From Pseudomonas aeruginosa (GTDB lineage: Bacteria; Pseudomonadota; Gammaproteobacteria; Pseudomonadales; Pseudomonadaceae): 32,000 bases of DNA. The notes beneath the pieces are model-generated. The model was not told the origin of the DNA. It worked only from the letters and a program-made list of their open reading frames with translations, and searched no databases. The position numbers were made by a program, and so were the translations under genes. Below are positions 22,436 to 31,746 of the stretch, in pieces. How positions within the stretch are numbered: the first letter of the stretch is position 1; the number at the start of each line of letters is the position of its first letter. Location of the stretch: positions 3,540,001 through 3,572,000 of the forward strand of contig NZ_LN831024.1 of assembly GCF_001457615.1 (NCBI RefSeq), written 5' to 3'.

Positions 22436-22512
22436 TGGGGTGGACGATGGGAATCGAACCCACGACACCAGGAGCCACAATCCTGTGCTCTACCAACTGA
22501 GCTACGCCCACC
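22436..22512 (-). tRNA. tRNA-His(GTG), copy 2
   Basis: Reverse complement GGTGGGCGTAGCTCAGTTGGTAGAGCACAGGATTGTGGCTCCTGGTGTCGTGGGTTCGATTCCCATCGTCCACCCCA, anticodon GTG, encoded G-1 and CCA. Confidence 0.95.
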
Positions 22513-22577
22513 ATATCGTGAATCGTGCCGGACGTTCCGGCTTCAACCGCAGCGGCCGGACAAGCCGAGCCTGAAGG

Positions 22578-22662
22578 TGGTGCGGACGGAGAGACTCGAA
22601 CTCTCACGCCTTGCGGCGCTGGAACCTAAATCCAGTGTGTCTACCAATTCCACCACGTCCGC
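22578..22662 (-). tRNA. tRNA-Leu(TAG)
   Basis: Reverse complement GCGGACGTGGTGGAATTGGTAGACACACTGGATTTAGGTTCCAGCGCCGCAAGGCGTGAGAGTTCGAGTCTCTCCGTCCGCACCA: class II tRNA, 85 nt, anticodon TAG. Confidence 0.95.
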
Positions 22663-22681
22663 GGGACACTGCTTGGAAATG

Positions 22682-22797
22682 AAAACGCCAGGCCCCGGGC
22701 CTGGCGCTTCGGAATATGGGGTGGACGATGGGAATCGAACCCACGACACCAGGAGCCACAATCCTGTGCTCTACCAACTGAGCTACGCCCACCATAT
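22682..22797 (-). repeat. Direct repeat B (tRNA-His plus its terminator), partner 22401-22516
   Basis: See repeat A. Confidence 0.85.
22717..22793 (-). tRNA. tRNA-His(GTG), copy 1
   Basis: Sequence identical to the copy at 22436-22512. Confidence 0.95.
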
Positions 22798-22843
22798 TAC
22801 GACTTGCGGTAAAACATCGCCTGCTTCTTGCCGATTCGCCGAA

Positions 22844-22920
22844 TGGCGCACCCGGCAGGACTCGAACCTGCGACCATCCGCTTAGAAGGCGGATGCTCTA
22901 TCCAGCTGAGCTACGGGCGC
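22844..22920 (-). tRNA. tRNA-Arg(TCT)
   Basis: Reverse complement GCGCCCGTAGCTCAGCTGGATAGAGCATCCGCCTTCTAAGCGGATGGTCGCAGGTTCGAGTCCTGCCGGGTGCGCCA, anticodon TCT, encoded CCA. Confidence 0.95.
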
Positions 22921-23198
22921 TTTATTCATCTGCATTCAATGCTGAGCGCAAACTTTAAGCTCTGGCAATCACAAAGTCAGCAACCGACTTGCTTTACCTC
23001 TTACCCTGCGTCCGGCTGTGCTCGGCAAGCGGGGCGCATGTTATACAGGGGGCGAAAGGCCGTCAACGGGTTTTTTAAAAAAATTCAGCTATATAAAGGA
23101 GTTACGGCAAATCCGCGGGTCGCCTCCTTTGCCCCGGGCGGCGTCCATGCGAAAATGCGCGTCCTTTTTCCACCCGATTCGATGGTTACCCTTCCGAC

Positions 23199-24053
23199 AT
23201 GACCGCACAACTGATCGACGGCAAAGCGATCGCCGCCAACCTTCGCCAGCAGATAGCCCAACGCGTGACCGAGCGCCGCCAGCAAGGCCTGCGCGTTCCC
23301 GGCCTGGCGGTGATCCTGGTCGGCACCGATCCGGCCTCTCAGGTCTATGTGGCGCACAAGCGCAAGGACTGCGAGGAAGTCGGCTTTCTCTCCCAGGCCT
23401 ACGATCTTCCCGCCGAAACCAGCCAGGACGACCTGCTGGCCCTGATCGACCGCCTGAACGACGATCCCGCCATCGACGGCATCCTGGTCCAGCTACCCCT
23501 GCCCGCCCACCTGGACGCCTCCCTGCTGCTGGAGCGCATCCACCCGGACAAGGACGTGGACGGTTTCCATCCCTACAACATCGGCCGCCTGGCCCAGCGC
23601 ATGCCCCTCCTGCGCCCCTGCACCCCGAAAGGCATCATGACCCTGCTCGCCAGCACCGGCGCCGACCTGTACGGCATGGATGCGGTCGTGGTCGGCGCCT
23701 CGAACATCGTCGGCCGCCCCATGGCTCTGGAGTTGCTGCTGGGTGGCTGCACCGTCACCGTGACCCACCGCTTCACCCGCGACCTGGCCGACCATGTGTC
23801 GCGTGCCGACCTGGTGGTGGTCGCTGCCGGCAAGCCGGGACTGGTCAAGGGCGAGTGGATCAAGGAAGGCGCCATCGTCATCGACGTCGGCATCAACCGC
23901 CAGGCCGACGGCCGACTGGTCGGCGACGTGGAATACGAAGTGGCAGCGCAACGCGCCAGCTGGATCACCCCGGTGCCGGGCGGCGTCGGGCCGATGACCC
24001 GCGCCTGCCTGCTGGAAAATACCCTGCACGCCGCCGAACACCTGCACGACTGA
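23199..24053 (+). CDS. folD: Bifunctional methylenetetrahydrofolate dehydrogenase/methenyltetrahydrofolate cyclohydrolase
   Basis: 284 aa. [64 protein letters not shown]...[11 protein letters not shown]. Confidence 0.97.
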
Positions 24054-24066
24054 GGTCGCCGGTAAT

Positions 24067-24094
24067 GAAAAGCCCCGCGTTCGCGGGGCTTTTC
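24067..24094. terminator. Bidirectional terminator between convergent folD and cysS
   Basis: gaaaagccccgcg-tt-cgcggggcttttc perfect inverted repeat with A/T flanks on both strands. Confidence 0.85.
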
Positions 24095-24110
24095 ATTTAT
24101 CGCTGCGGGT

Positions 24111-25493
24111 TCAGTCGGCCAGGCGCCAGGTAGTGCCGCCCTTGCCATCCTCCAGCACGACGCCCATGGCGGTGAGCCGATCGCGAATCCGGTCGGACTC
24201 CGCCCAGTTCTTCGCCGCCCGCGCCTCCAGGCGCGCCTGGATCAGCGCCTCGACCTCGGCCGCATCGACCTTGCCCTCGGCGCCCGCCTGCAGGAAGGCT
24301 TCCGGCTCCAGTTGCAGCACCCCCAGCAGGCCAGCCAACTGCTTCAGGCGCGCGGCCAGCGCGGCCGCCGCCGACAGGTCGCTTTCGCGCAGACGATTGA
24401 CCTCCCGCGCCAGCTCGAACAGCACCGAGCAGGCACCCGCGGTATTGAAGTCGTCGTCCATCGCCGCGGCGAAGCGCTCGACATACTCCGCCGCTTCCGC
24501 CGGCGCCGCCTCGGGCAGCCCCTTGAGCGCGTTGTAGAAACGGTCCAGGGCCGCCTTGGCCTCGCGCAGGTTCTCCTCCGAGTAGTTGATCGGACTGCGG
24601 TAATGGCTGGCGATCAGCAGGTAACGCACCACTTCGGGGTGATATTTCTCCAGCACTTCGCGGATGGTGAAGAAATTGCCCAGCGACTTGGACATCTTCT
24701 CGCCGTTGATGGTGATCATCCCGCAGTGCAGCCAGGACTTGGCGTAGGGCTTGCCGGTCGCGGCCTCGCTCTGGGCGATCTCGTTCTCGTGGTGAGGGAA
24801 CTCCAGGTCGTTGCCACCGCCATGGATGTCGAAGGAATCGCCCAGGCAGCAGGTGGACATCACCGAGCATTCGATGTGCCAGCCCGGGCGCCCCTCGCCC
24901 CAGGGCGACGACCAGCTCGGCTCGCCCGGCTTGGCGCCCTTCCAGAGCACGAAATCGAGCGGATCCTCCTTCGCTTCGCCCGGCTCGATCCGCGCACCGA
25001 TGCGCAGGTCCTCGACCCGCCGCCGCGACAACTTGCCGTAGCCAGCGAACTTGCCGACCCGGTAGTACACGTCACCGTTGCCCGGCGCGTAGGCATAGCC
25101 CTTGTCGATCAGGGTCTGGATCATCGCGTGCATGCCGGCGATGTGATCGGTGGCGCGCGGCTCCTGGTCCGGCTTGAGGATGTTCAGCCGGGCCTCGTCC
25201 TCGTGCATCGCCGCGATCATGCGCTCGGTCAGCACATCGAACGGCTCGCCGTTCTCGTTGGCGCGATTGATGATCTTGTCATCGATATCGGTGATGTTGC
25301 GCACGTACGTCAGGTCGTAGCCACGGTGGCGCAACCAGCGGGTGATCACGTCGAACGCCACCATGCTGCGGCCGTGGCCCAGATGGCAGTAGTCGTACAC
25401 GGTCATGCCACACACGTACATGCGCACCTGGTTGCCGACCAGCGGCGTGAAGACTTCTTTGGTCTTGCTCAGCGTGTTGTAGATCTGCAGCAC
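24111..25493 (-). CDS. cysS: Cysteinyl-tRNA synthetase
   Basis: 460 aa. [40 protein letters not shown] (zinc Cys plus HIGH-like HLGH) and KMSKSLGNF (KMSKS). Confidence 0.97.
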   Translation of the reverse strand: MLQIYNTLSKTKEVFTPLVGNQVRMYVCGMTVYDYCHLGHGRSMVAFDVITRWLRHRGYDLTYVRNITDIDDKIINRANENGEPFDVLTERMIAAMHEDEARLNILKPDQEPRATDHIAGMHAMIQTLIDKGYAYAPGNGDVYYRVGKFAGYGKLSRRRVEDLRIGARIEPGEAKEDPLDFVLWKGAKPGEPSWSSPWGEGRPGWHIECSVMSTCCLGDSFDIHGGGNDLEFPHHENEIAQSEAATGKPYAKSWLHCGMITINGEKMSKSLGNFFTIREVLEKYHPEVVRYLLIASHYRSPINYSEENLREAKAALDRFYNALKGLPEAAPAEAAEYVERFAAAMDDDFNTAGACSVLFELAREVNRLRESDLSAAAALAARLKQLAGLLGVLQLEPEAFLQAGAEGKVDAAEVEALIQARLEARAAKNWAESDRIRDRLTAMGVVLEDGKGGTTWRLAD

Positions 25494-25502
25494 GGTCTTT
25501 CC

Positions 25503-27173
25503 TCAGCCCTGTCCCCAGGAGTCACGCAGGGTGACGGTACGGTTGAACACCGGCTTGCCCGGCCTGGAGTCCTTCAGGTCGGCGACGAAATAGCCTTCGC
25601 GCTCGAACTGGAAGCGATCCTCCGGGTTCGCCTGGCCCAGCGACGGCTCGGCGCGACAGCCGGTCAGTACCTGCAGGGAGTCGGCGTTGATGTTGTCGAG
25701 GAAGCTGCCGCCCTCTTCCGCCTTCTCCGGATTGGCCGAGCGGAACAGCCGATCGTACAGGCGCACTTCGCACTCGACGCTGCCCTCGGCCGGCACCCAG
25801 TGGATCACGCCCTTGACCTTGCGGCCTTCCGGGTTCTTGCCCAGGGTGTCCGGATCGTAGCTGCAGCGCAGTTCGACGATATTGCCGTCGGCATCCTTGA
25901 TCGCTTCGTCGGCACGGATCACGTAGCTGCCGCGCAGACGCACCTCGCCACCGGGGATCAGGCGCTTGTAGCCGGCCGGCGGGACTTCCTCGAAGTCACC
26001 GGCATCGATGAACAGCTCGCGACCGAACGGCAGTACGCGCACTCCCATGTCTTCCTTCGGATGACGCGGCAACTCGAGGTTCTCCACCTGCCCTTCGGGG
26101 TAGTTGGTGATCACCACCTTGAGCGGTTTCAGCACGCACATGGCACGCGGCGCGGTGGCGTCCAGGTGGTCGCGGATGCTGAACTCGAGCATGCCGATGT
26201 CGACCACGCCGCTGGCACGGTTCACCCCGATCATCTCGCAGAAGTTGCGGATCGACTCCGGGGTGTAGCCGCGGCGGCGATAGCCGGACAGGGTCGACAT
26301 GCGCGGATCGTCCCAGCCGCTGACATGGCCTTCGTCGACCAGTTGCTTGAGCTTGCGCTTGCTGGTCACGGTGTAGTTCAGGTTGAGCCGGGAGAATTCG
26401 TACTGGCGCGGTTGCGCAGGTACCGGCAGGTTGGCCAGGAACCACTCGTAGAGCGGACGATGGTCTTCGAATTCCAGGGTGCAGATCGAATGGGTGATGC
26501 CCTCGATGGCGTCCGACTGACCGTGGGTGAAGTCGTAGCTCGGGTAGATGCACCACTTGTCGCCGGTCTGGTGGTGATGCGCATGGCGGATGCGGTACAG
26601 GATCGGATCGCGCAGGTTCATGTTCGGCGAACCCATGTCGATCTTCGCCCGCAGCGAACGGGCGCCGTCGGGGAACTCACCGGCCTTCATGCGGGCGAAC
26701 AGGTCGAGGTTCTCCTCCACCGAACGGTCACGGTAAGGGCTGTTGCGGCCCGGCTCGGTGAGGGTGCCGCGGTATTCGCGCATTTCCTCGGGACCGAGGT
26801 CGCAGACGAACGCCTTGCCGGCCTTGATCAGCTCGATGGCCCAGGCATGCAACTGGTCGAAATAGTTGGAGGCATAGCAGACCTCGCCGGACCACTGGAA
26901 GCCCAGCCACTTGATGTCGGCCTCGATGGCATCGATGTACTCCTGGTCTTCCTTGGCCGGGTTGGTGTCATCGAAGCGCAGATGGCAATCGCCAGCGAAT
27001 TCCTGGGCCAGGCCGAAGTTCAGGCAGATCGACTTGGCGTGGCCGATGTGCAGGTAACCGTTGGGCTCCGGGGGGAAACGGGTGACGATCTTCGCGTGCT
27101 TGCCGGCATCCAGGTCGGCTTGAACGATCTGGCGCAGGAAGTTCGGGGCGGCGGTGGTCTCTGGCTTGCTCAT
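25503..27173 (-). CDS. glnS: Glutaminyl-tRNA synthetase
   Basis: 556 aa from ATG 27173. [22 protein letters not shown] (HIGH) and a [16 protein letters not shown]-like motif. Confidence 0.97.
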   Translation of the reverse strand: MSKPETTAAPNFLRQIVQADLDAGKHAKIVTRFPPEPNGYLHIGHAKSICLNFGLAQEFAGDCHLRFDDTNPAKEDQEYIDAIEADIKWLGFQWSGEVCYASNYFDQLHAWAIELIKAGKAFVCDLGPEEMREYRGTLTEPGRNSPYRDRSVEENLDLFARMKAGEFPDGARSLRAKIDMGSPNMNLRDPILYRIRHAHHHQTGDKWCIYPSYDFTHGQSDAIEGITHSICTLEFEDHRPLYEWFLANLPVPAQPRQYEFSRLNLNYTVTSKRKLKQLVDEGHVSGWDDPRMSTLSGYRRRGYTPESIRNFCEMIGVNRASGVVDIGMLEFSIRDHLDATAPRAMCVLKPLKVVITNYPEGQVENLELPRHPKEDMGVRVLPFGRELFIDAGDFEEVPPAGYKRLIPGGEVRLRGSYVIRADEAIKDADGNIVELRCSYDPDTLGKNPEGRKVKGVIHWVPAEGSVECEVRLYDRLFRSANPEKAEEGGSFLDNINADSLQVLTGCRAEPSLGQANPEDRFQFEREGYFVADLKDSRPGKPVFNRTVTLRDSWGQG

Positions 27174-27295
27174 GGGATCCTTGGTCATGCTCTCGCCCGA
27201 CCAGGGTAGGCCGGGCAAATCAAAGCGCTTATCATAGCCGAAGCTGTCAACCCCCTGACAGGCCTTCGATTTTCACGACAAAGCGGATTACCCAC

Positions 27296-27793
27296 ATGAT
27301 CAAGCTGCATACCAACCATGGCGTCATCACCCTGAAGCTCGATGAAGAGAAAGCCCCGGAAACCGCGGCGAACTTCAAGGAGTACGTGAAAAGCGGCCAC
27401 TACGACAACACCGTCTTCCACCGCGTGATCAACAACTTCATGATCCAGGGCGGCGGTTTCGAGCCGGGCATGAAGCAGAAGCCCACTCGCGCACCGATCA
27501 AGAACGAAGCCAACAACGGCCTGACCAACAAGGTCGGCAGCATCGCCATGGCTCGTACCATGGACCCGCATTCGGCCAGCGCGCAGTTCTTCATCAACGT
27601 CGCCGACAACGATTTCCTCAACCATACCGCCCCCACCACCCAGGGCTGGGGCTATGCCGTCTTCGGCGAAGTGGTCGAGGGCATGGACGTGGTCAACAAG
27701 ATCAAGGGCGTGGCCACCACCATGCGCAGCGGCCACCAGGACGTGCCGGCCGAGGACGTGATCATCGAGAAGGCCGAAATCGTCGAAGAATGA
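27296..27793 (+). CDS. ppiB: Cytoplasmic peptidyl-prolyl cis-trans isomerase B (cyclophilin type)
   Basis: 165 aa. [80 protein letters not shown]. Confidence 0.96.
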
Positions 27794-27797
27794 AGCG

Positions 27798-28520
27798 ATG
27801 AGCGTCCTGTTCATCTCGGACCTGCATCTCGAAGCGGAACGCCCGGACATCACCCGGGCGTTTCTGTCTTTCCTCGATGAGCGCGCCCGCCGGGCCGAGG
27901 CCCTGTACATCCTCGGCGACTTCTTCGAAGCCTGGATCGGCGACGACGGCATGGACGCCTTCCAGCGCTCCATCGCCCAGTCCCTGCGCCAGGTGGCCGA
28001 CGGCGGTACGCGCATCTACCTGATGCACGGCAATCGCGACTTCCTCATTGGCAAGGCGTTCTGCCGCGAGGCCGGATGCACGCTGCTGCCCGACCCGAGC
28101 GTGATCGACCTGTACGGCGAGCCGGTATTGCTGATGCACGGGGACAGCCTGTGCACCCGAGACGAGGCCTACATGCGCCTGCGCCGCTGGCTGCGCAACC
28201 CGCTCACGCTCTGGGTACTGCGCCACCTGCCACTGGCCACCCGGCACAAGCTGGCACGCAAGCTGCGCAAGGAAAGCCGCGCGCAGACCCGCATGAAAGC
28301 CGTCGACATCATCGATGTCACGCCCGAAGAAGTGCCCCGGGTCATGCGCGGGCATGGCGTGCGTACCCTGATCCACGGCCACACTCATCGGCCGGCCGAA
28401 CACCCGCTGGACATCGACGGCCAGCCCGCCCGGCGCATCGTGCTCGGCGACTGGGACCGCCAGGGCTGGGCCCTGGAGATCGACGCCAACGGCCATCGCC
28501 AGGCGCCCTTCCCGCTCTGA
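27798..28520 (+). CDS. lpxH: UDP-2,3-diacylglucosamine pyrophosphatase (lipid A biosynthesis)
   Basis: 240 aa. Metallophosphoesterase motifs [38 protein letters not shown] match LpxH. Confidence 0.95.
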
Positions 28521-28647
28521 CCCACCCCAGGCCCGCCATGCGGGCCTTTCAGCGAAGCATTATGCGATTCGCATTTTTTCCGCTGTCCATCTTGACGTCG
28601 CGGGCCACCTTTCAGCAGGATCGCGCTCCCCCACCCCGCATCAAGGA

Positions 28648-29985
28648 ATGATCGTGATCATCTCGAAGGGAAACCTGATCAAGTTCGTCGCCGCCCCCCT
28701 CGGCATGCTCGCCCTCGGCTTCGGCCTGTTCAACGGCGTGTTCTTCTATAACGAAGCCGGCTTCATGACCCACGTAAGGACCATCTTCGGCGACGAGAAG
28801 ATCGTCGATGACGTCGGCTACGCGACCAAGTGGTTCGGTCGCGCCACCACCTGGAAGAAGGCCATCAGCGTGCAGTCCGTGCTGGTCATGGACGATAACG
28901 ACACCAATCCGGACAACGACGGCCTCGGCGCCACCATCGAGGCTTTCCCGATCGTGTTCCTCGGCAACGTCGACGCCAAGGTCGAATCTTCCGCGCGCTT
29001 TCGCCTGCCCGGCGGCGAGCCGTTCCTGAAGATGGCCCAGGAATACCGCAACCCGGACAATTTCATCCGCACCGCACTGGTGCCGGCGATCAAGGAAACC
29101 CTCCAGGCCACCGCTTCGCTGATGAGCGCCGACGACTACTACGCCGGAGCCCGCAGCGAATTCGCCGCCGAGTTCGAGAACCAGCTCAACGACGGCCTGT
29201 ACCTGATCAAGCGCAAGGAAGTCCGCGGGCCGCGCGGCGCCATTCCGCACCAGACCGCGATCCTCCAGGCCGGCACCGAGCAGGGAGCGTTCGGCGACAA
29301 CAACGCCAGCCAGTTCGTCACCGAGAAGGTCACCGATGCCAAGGGCATCCCGGTACGCAAGCAACAGCAGTTCCGCAAGTTCGGCGTCGAGGTGGTGGAA
29401 GCGCGGATCACCAACGTCGATCCCAACCCGCAGTACAAGCAGCGCATGGTCAAGGTCCAGCAGGCGCTCGCCGAGCTGGCGGTGGCGCGGCAGAACCGCC
29501 TGAAGGAAGAAGAGGAAAAGCTGCTGGTCACCGCCCGCGGCGAGAAGGAAGTCGAGGCCAAGCGCCAGGAAACCCTGCGCGACCAGATCGAACGCACCAC
29601 CCAGGCGGAAACCGACAAGCAATTGGCGGTGATCAACGCCGAGCGCGAGAAGCAGCGCGCCGAGATCGAGAAGCAGACCGCCGAACTGCTGCGCGACAAG
29701 GCCACGGTGACCGCCCAGGCCACCAAGATCACCGCCGACGCCGAGGCTTACGCCCGCGAAGCGGTGATCAAGGCGGACGGCGCGTTGCAGCCGAAGCTCG
29801 ACGCGCTGATCGCGATCAACAAGGTCTGGGCCGAAGCCGCCGCCCAGGCCCCCGTCCCCAGCGTAATGATGGGTGCCGGCGCCAACGGCGCGGCGAGCCG
29901 CCAGGACGAGATCGGCCAGCTGATGGGCGTTCTGGCGACCAAGGCCGCCCGCGACCTGGCCCTCGACCTCAAGGTCAAGGACTGA
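28648..29985 (+). CDS. SPFH/band-7 (prohibitin/stomatin-like) family membrane protein (PA1791-like)
   Basis: 445 aa. One N-terminal hydrophobic helix (FVAAPLGMLALGFGLFNGVFFY); SPFH-like core followed by a long charged coiled coil (ARQNRLKEEEEKLLVTARGEKEVEAKRQE..AEREKQRAEIEKQTAELL). Confidence 0.7.
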   Translation: MIVIISKGNLIKFVAAPLGMLALGFGLFNGVFFYNEAGFMTHVRTIFGDEKIVDDVGYATKWFGRATTWKKAISVQSVLVMDDNDTNPDNDGLGATIEAFPIVFLGNVDAKVESSARFRLPGGEPFLKMAQEYRNPDNFIRTALVPAIKETLQATASLMSADDYYAGARSEFAAEFENQLNDGLYLIKRKEVRGPRGAIPHQTAILQAGTEQGAFGDNNASQFVTEKVTDAKGIPVRKQQQFRKFGVEVVEARITNVDPNPQYKQRMVKVQQALAELAVARQNRLKEEEEKLLVTARGEKEVEAKRQETLRDQIERTTQAETDKQLAVINAEREKQRAEIEKQTAELLRDKATVTAQATKITADAEAYAREAVIKADGALQPKLDALIAINKVWAEAAAQAPVPSVMMGAGANGAASRQDEIGQLMGVLATKAARDLALDLKVKD

Positions 29986-30000
29986 TCCAGGCAGCAAAAA

Positions 30001-30020
30001 AAGCGCCCCGCGGGGCGCTT
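30001..30020. terminator. Terminator between convergent genes
   Basis: Perfect 20-bp palindrome aagcgccccg|cggggcgctt, flanked by an A run on the left and tcttgttt on the right. Confidence 0.75.
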
Positions 30021-30033
30021 TCTTGTTTCCGGC

Positions 30034-30657
30034 TCAGGCCACCAGGTCCACCGGGAGGCCGCTATGGAAGCGGAATTCGTTGTCCGGACTGCTGATCAGC
30101 TCGGCCTCCTTGGCCCGCACCACCTCGATCGTCCGCTCCACGTCGGCCTCGTCGCCGTACTGGTAGGCCAGCTTCAGGTAGTCCTGGAAATGCCGCGACT
30201 CGGACTTCAGCAAACCGCCGTAGAATTTCGCCAGCTCCGCGTCCAGGTGCGGCACCAGGGCGGCGAAGCGCTCGCAGGAACGCGCCTCGATGAAGGCGCC
30301 GACCACCAGCGTATCGGTCAGCCGCTGCGGCTCCTGCTTGCGCACCAGGTCGCGCAGCGCCGAGGCGTAGCGGGAGGCGCTGACATTGACCACCGGGATA
30401 CCGCGTTTCTTCAGGATCGCCAGCACCTGCTCGAAGTGGCGCAGCTCCTCGCGCGCCAGGCGGCTCATCTTGTTCACCAGGTCCAGGCGGCCGGAGTACT
30501 TGCCGATCAGTTGCATCGCCGTCGCCGCGGCCTTCATCTCGCAGGCCTTGTGGTCCAGCAGCATGACGTCCTGGCGCTCCAGGGCCGCCTCGACCCAGGC
30601 GGCGGGAGTGGAACAGGCAAGGAATTGGTCGATCTCGGGCAACATGGTGCAGGTCAC
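30034..30657 (-). CDS. miaE: tRNA-(ms[2]io[6]A)-hydroxylase, MiaE-like diiron enzyme
   Basis: 207 aa. DHKACEMKAAATAMQLI, REELRHFEQVL, EARSCERFAAL and ESRHFQDYL carry the ExxH-type diiron ligands typical of MiaE. Confidence 0.88.
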   Translation of the reverse strand: MTCTMLPEIDQFLACSTPAAWVEAALERQDVMLLDHKACEMKAAATAMQLIGKYSGRLDLVNKMSRLAREELRHFEQVLAILKKRGIPVVNVSASRYASALRDLVRKQEPQRLTDTLVVGAFIEARSCERFAALVPHLDAELAKFYGGLLKSESRHFQDYLKLAYQYGDEADVERTIEVVRAKEAELISSPDNEFRFHSGLPVDLVA

Positions 30658-30748
30658 TCATTCTGGAAAGGGCCTGCCATGACGCTGGTCGGGGCAGGAA
30701 AGGCGGAGCATTATACGGAAGCTGCGGCGGTCGGGCAGGCCGACCCGT

Positions 30749-30762
30749 TTGATATGCATCAA
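30749..30762 (+). promoter_or_regulatory. Anr/Dnr (FNR-type) binding site
   Basis: TTGAT-ATGC-ATCAA, an exact TTGAT-N4-ATCAA palindrome centred about 72 bp upstream of the usp ATG. Confidence 0.85.
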
Positions 30763-30827
30763 GAGCAGCGGCTGGATTGCGTCTAGAGTTGTTTCAGCGA
30801 TAACCACAAGCACTCAGGGAGACGATC

Positions 30828-31691
30828 ATGCAAGCCATTCGCAGCATCCTCGTGGTGATTGAACCGGACCAGCTGGAAGGTCTCGCCCTGAAACGGGCAC
30901 AACTGATCGCCGGCGTGACCCAGTCGCACCTGCACCTGCTGGTCTGCGAGAAGCGCCGCGACCACAGCGCCGCTCTCAACGACCTGGCCCAGGAGCTGCG
31001 CGAGGAAGGCTACAGCGTCTCGACCAACCAGGCCTGGAAGGACTCCCTGCACCAGACCATCATCGCCGAGCAACAGGCCGAAGGCTGCGGGCTGATCATC
31101 AAGCAGCACTTTCCCGACAACCCGCTGAAAAAGGCCATCCTCACCCCGGACGACTGGAAGCTGCTGCGCTTCGCGCCCTGTCCGGTACTGATGACCAAGA
31201 CCGCCCGGCCCTGGACGGGCGGAAAGATCCTCGCCGCGGTCGACGTCGGCAACAACGACGGCGAGCACCGCTCCCTGCACGCCGGGATCATCAGCCATGC
31301 CTACGACATCGCCGGCCTGGCCAAGGCCACGCTGCACGTGATCAGCGCCCACCCCTCGCCGATGCTCTCCTCCGCCGACCCGACCTTCCAGCTCAGCGAA
31401 ACCATCGAGGCCCGCTATCGCGAGGCCTGCCGCACCTTCCAGGCCGAGTACGGTTTCAGCGACGAACAATTGCACATCGAGGAAGGTCCGGCCGACGTGC
31501 TGATCCCGCGCACCGCGCAGAAGCTCGACGCGGTGGTCACCGTGATCGGCACCGTGGCGCGCACCGGGTTGTCCGGCGCGCTGATCGGCAATACCGCGGA
31601 AGTGGTGCTGGATACCCTGGAAAGCGACGTGCTGGTGTTGAAGCCGGACGACATCATCGCCCACCTGGAGGAGCTGGCCAGCAAGGAGTGA
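30828..31691 (+). CDS. Tandem-domain universal stress protein (UspA/UspE-like, PA1789-like)
   Basis: 287 aa. Two Usp modules: IRSILVVIEPDQ... and GGKILAAVDVGNNDG...; ends HIEEGPADVLIPRTAQKLDAVVTVIGTVARTGLSGALIGNTAEVVLDTLESDVLVLKPD. Confidence 0.9.
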   Translation: MQAIRSILVVIEPDQLEGLALKRAQLIAGVTQSHLHLLVCEKRRDHSAALNDLAQELREEGYSVSTNQAWKDSLHQTIIAEQQAEGCGLIIKQHFPDNPLKKAILTPDDWKLLRFAPCPVLMTKTARPWTGGKILAAVDVGNNDGEHRSLHAGIISHAYDIAGLAKATLHVISAHPSPMLSSADPTFQLSETIEARYREACRTFQAEYGFSDEQLHIEEGPADVLIPRTAQKLDAVVTVIGTVARTGLSGALIGNTAEVVLDTLESDVLVLKPDDIIAHLEELASKE

Positions 31692-31705
31692 CCGCTGGTC
31701 GGACG

Positions 31706-31731
31706 AAAACGCCGCCCAAGGGCGGCTTTTT
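31706..31731. terminator. Terminator between usp and the convergent downstream gene
   Basis: aaaac-gccgccc-aa-gggcggc-ttttt. Confidence 0.75.
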
Positions 31732-31746
31732 CGCTGGAGACACCGC

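Larger units (their letters stand above)
22401..22516 (-). repeat. Direct repeat A (tRNA-His plus its terminator), partner 22682-22797
   Basis: Near-identical to 22682-22797 at a 281-bp offset. Mismatches are confined to the terminator loop/stem (gcacaaggc vs gccccgggc) and the spacer (ttctaaat vs ttcggaat). Confidence 0.85.

Noticed and set aside
22401-22797. tRNA cluster as an integrated-element attachment site, or the paired direct repeat as att sites
   Set aside because: The 281-bp interval contains only tRNA-Leu, with no integrase or cargo; the repeats are duplicated tRNA-His modules.
22298-22885. Small ORFs across the tRNA cluster, including repeated peptides such as GVAQLVEHRIVAPGVVGSIPIVHPIF and MWLLVSWVRFPSSTPY
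   Set aside because: These are translations of tRNA-His, tRNA-Leu and tRNA-Arg sequence, a well-known source of spurious repeated 'proteins'.
22401-22920. Repeated short sequences considered as a CRISPR array
   Set aside because: Only two long copies, fully explained by duplicated tRNA genes; no regularly spaced short repeats anywhere in the window.
24312-27209. 965-aa plus-strand ORF opposite cysS and glnS
   Set aside because: Spans two unrelated essential genes in antisense with typical GC-skew artefact composition and no recognisable motifs.
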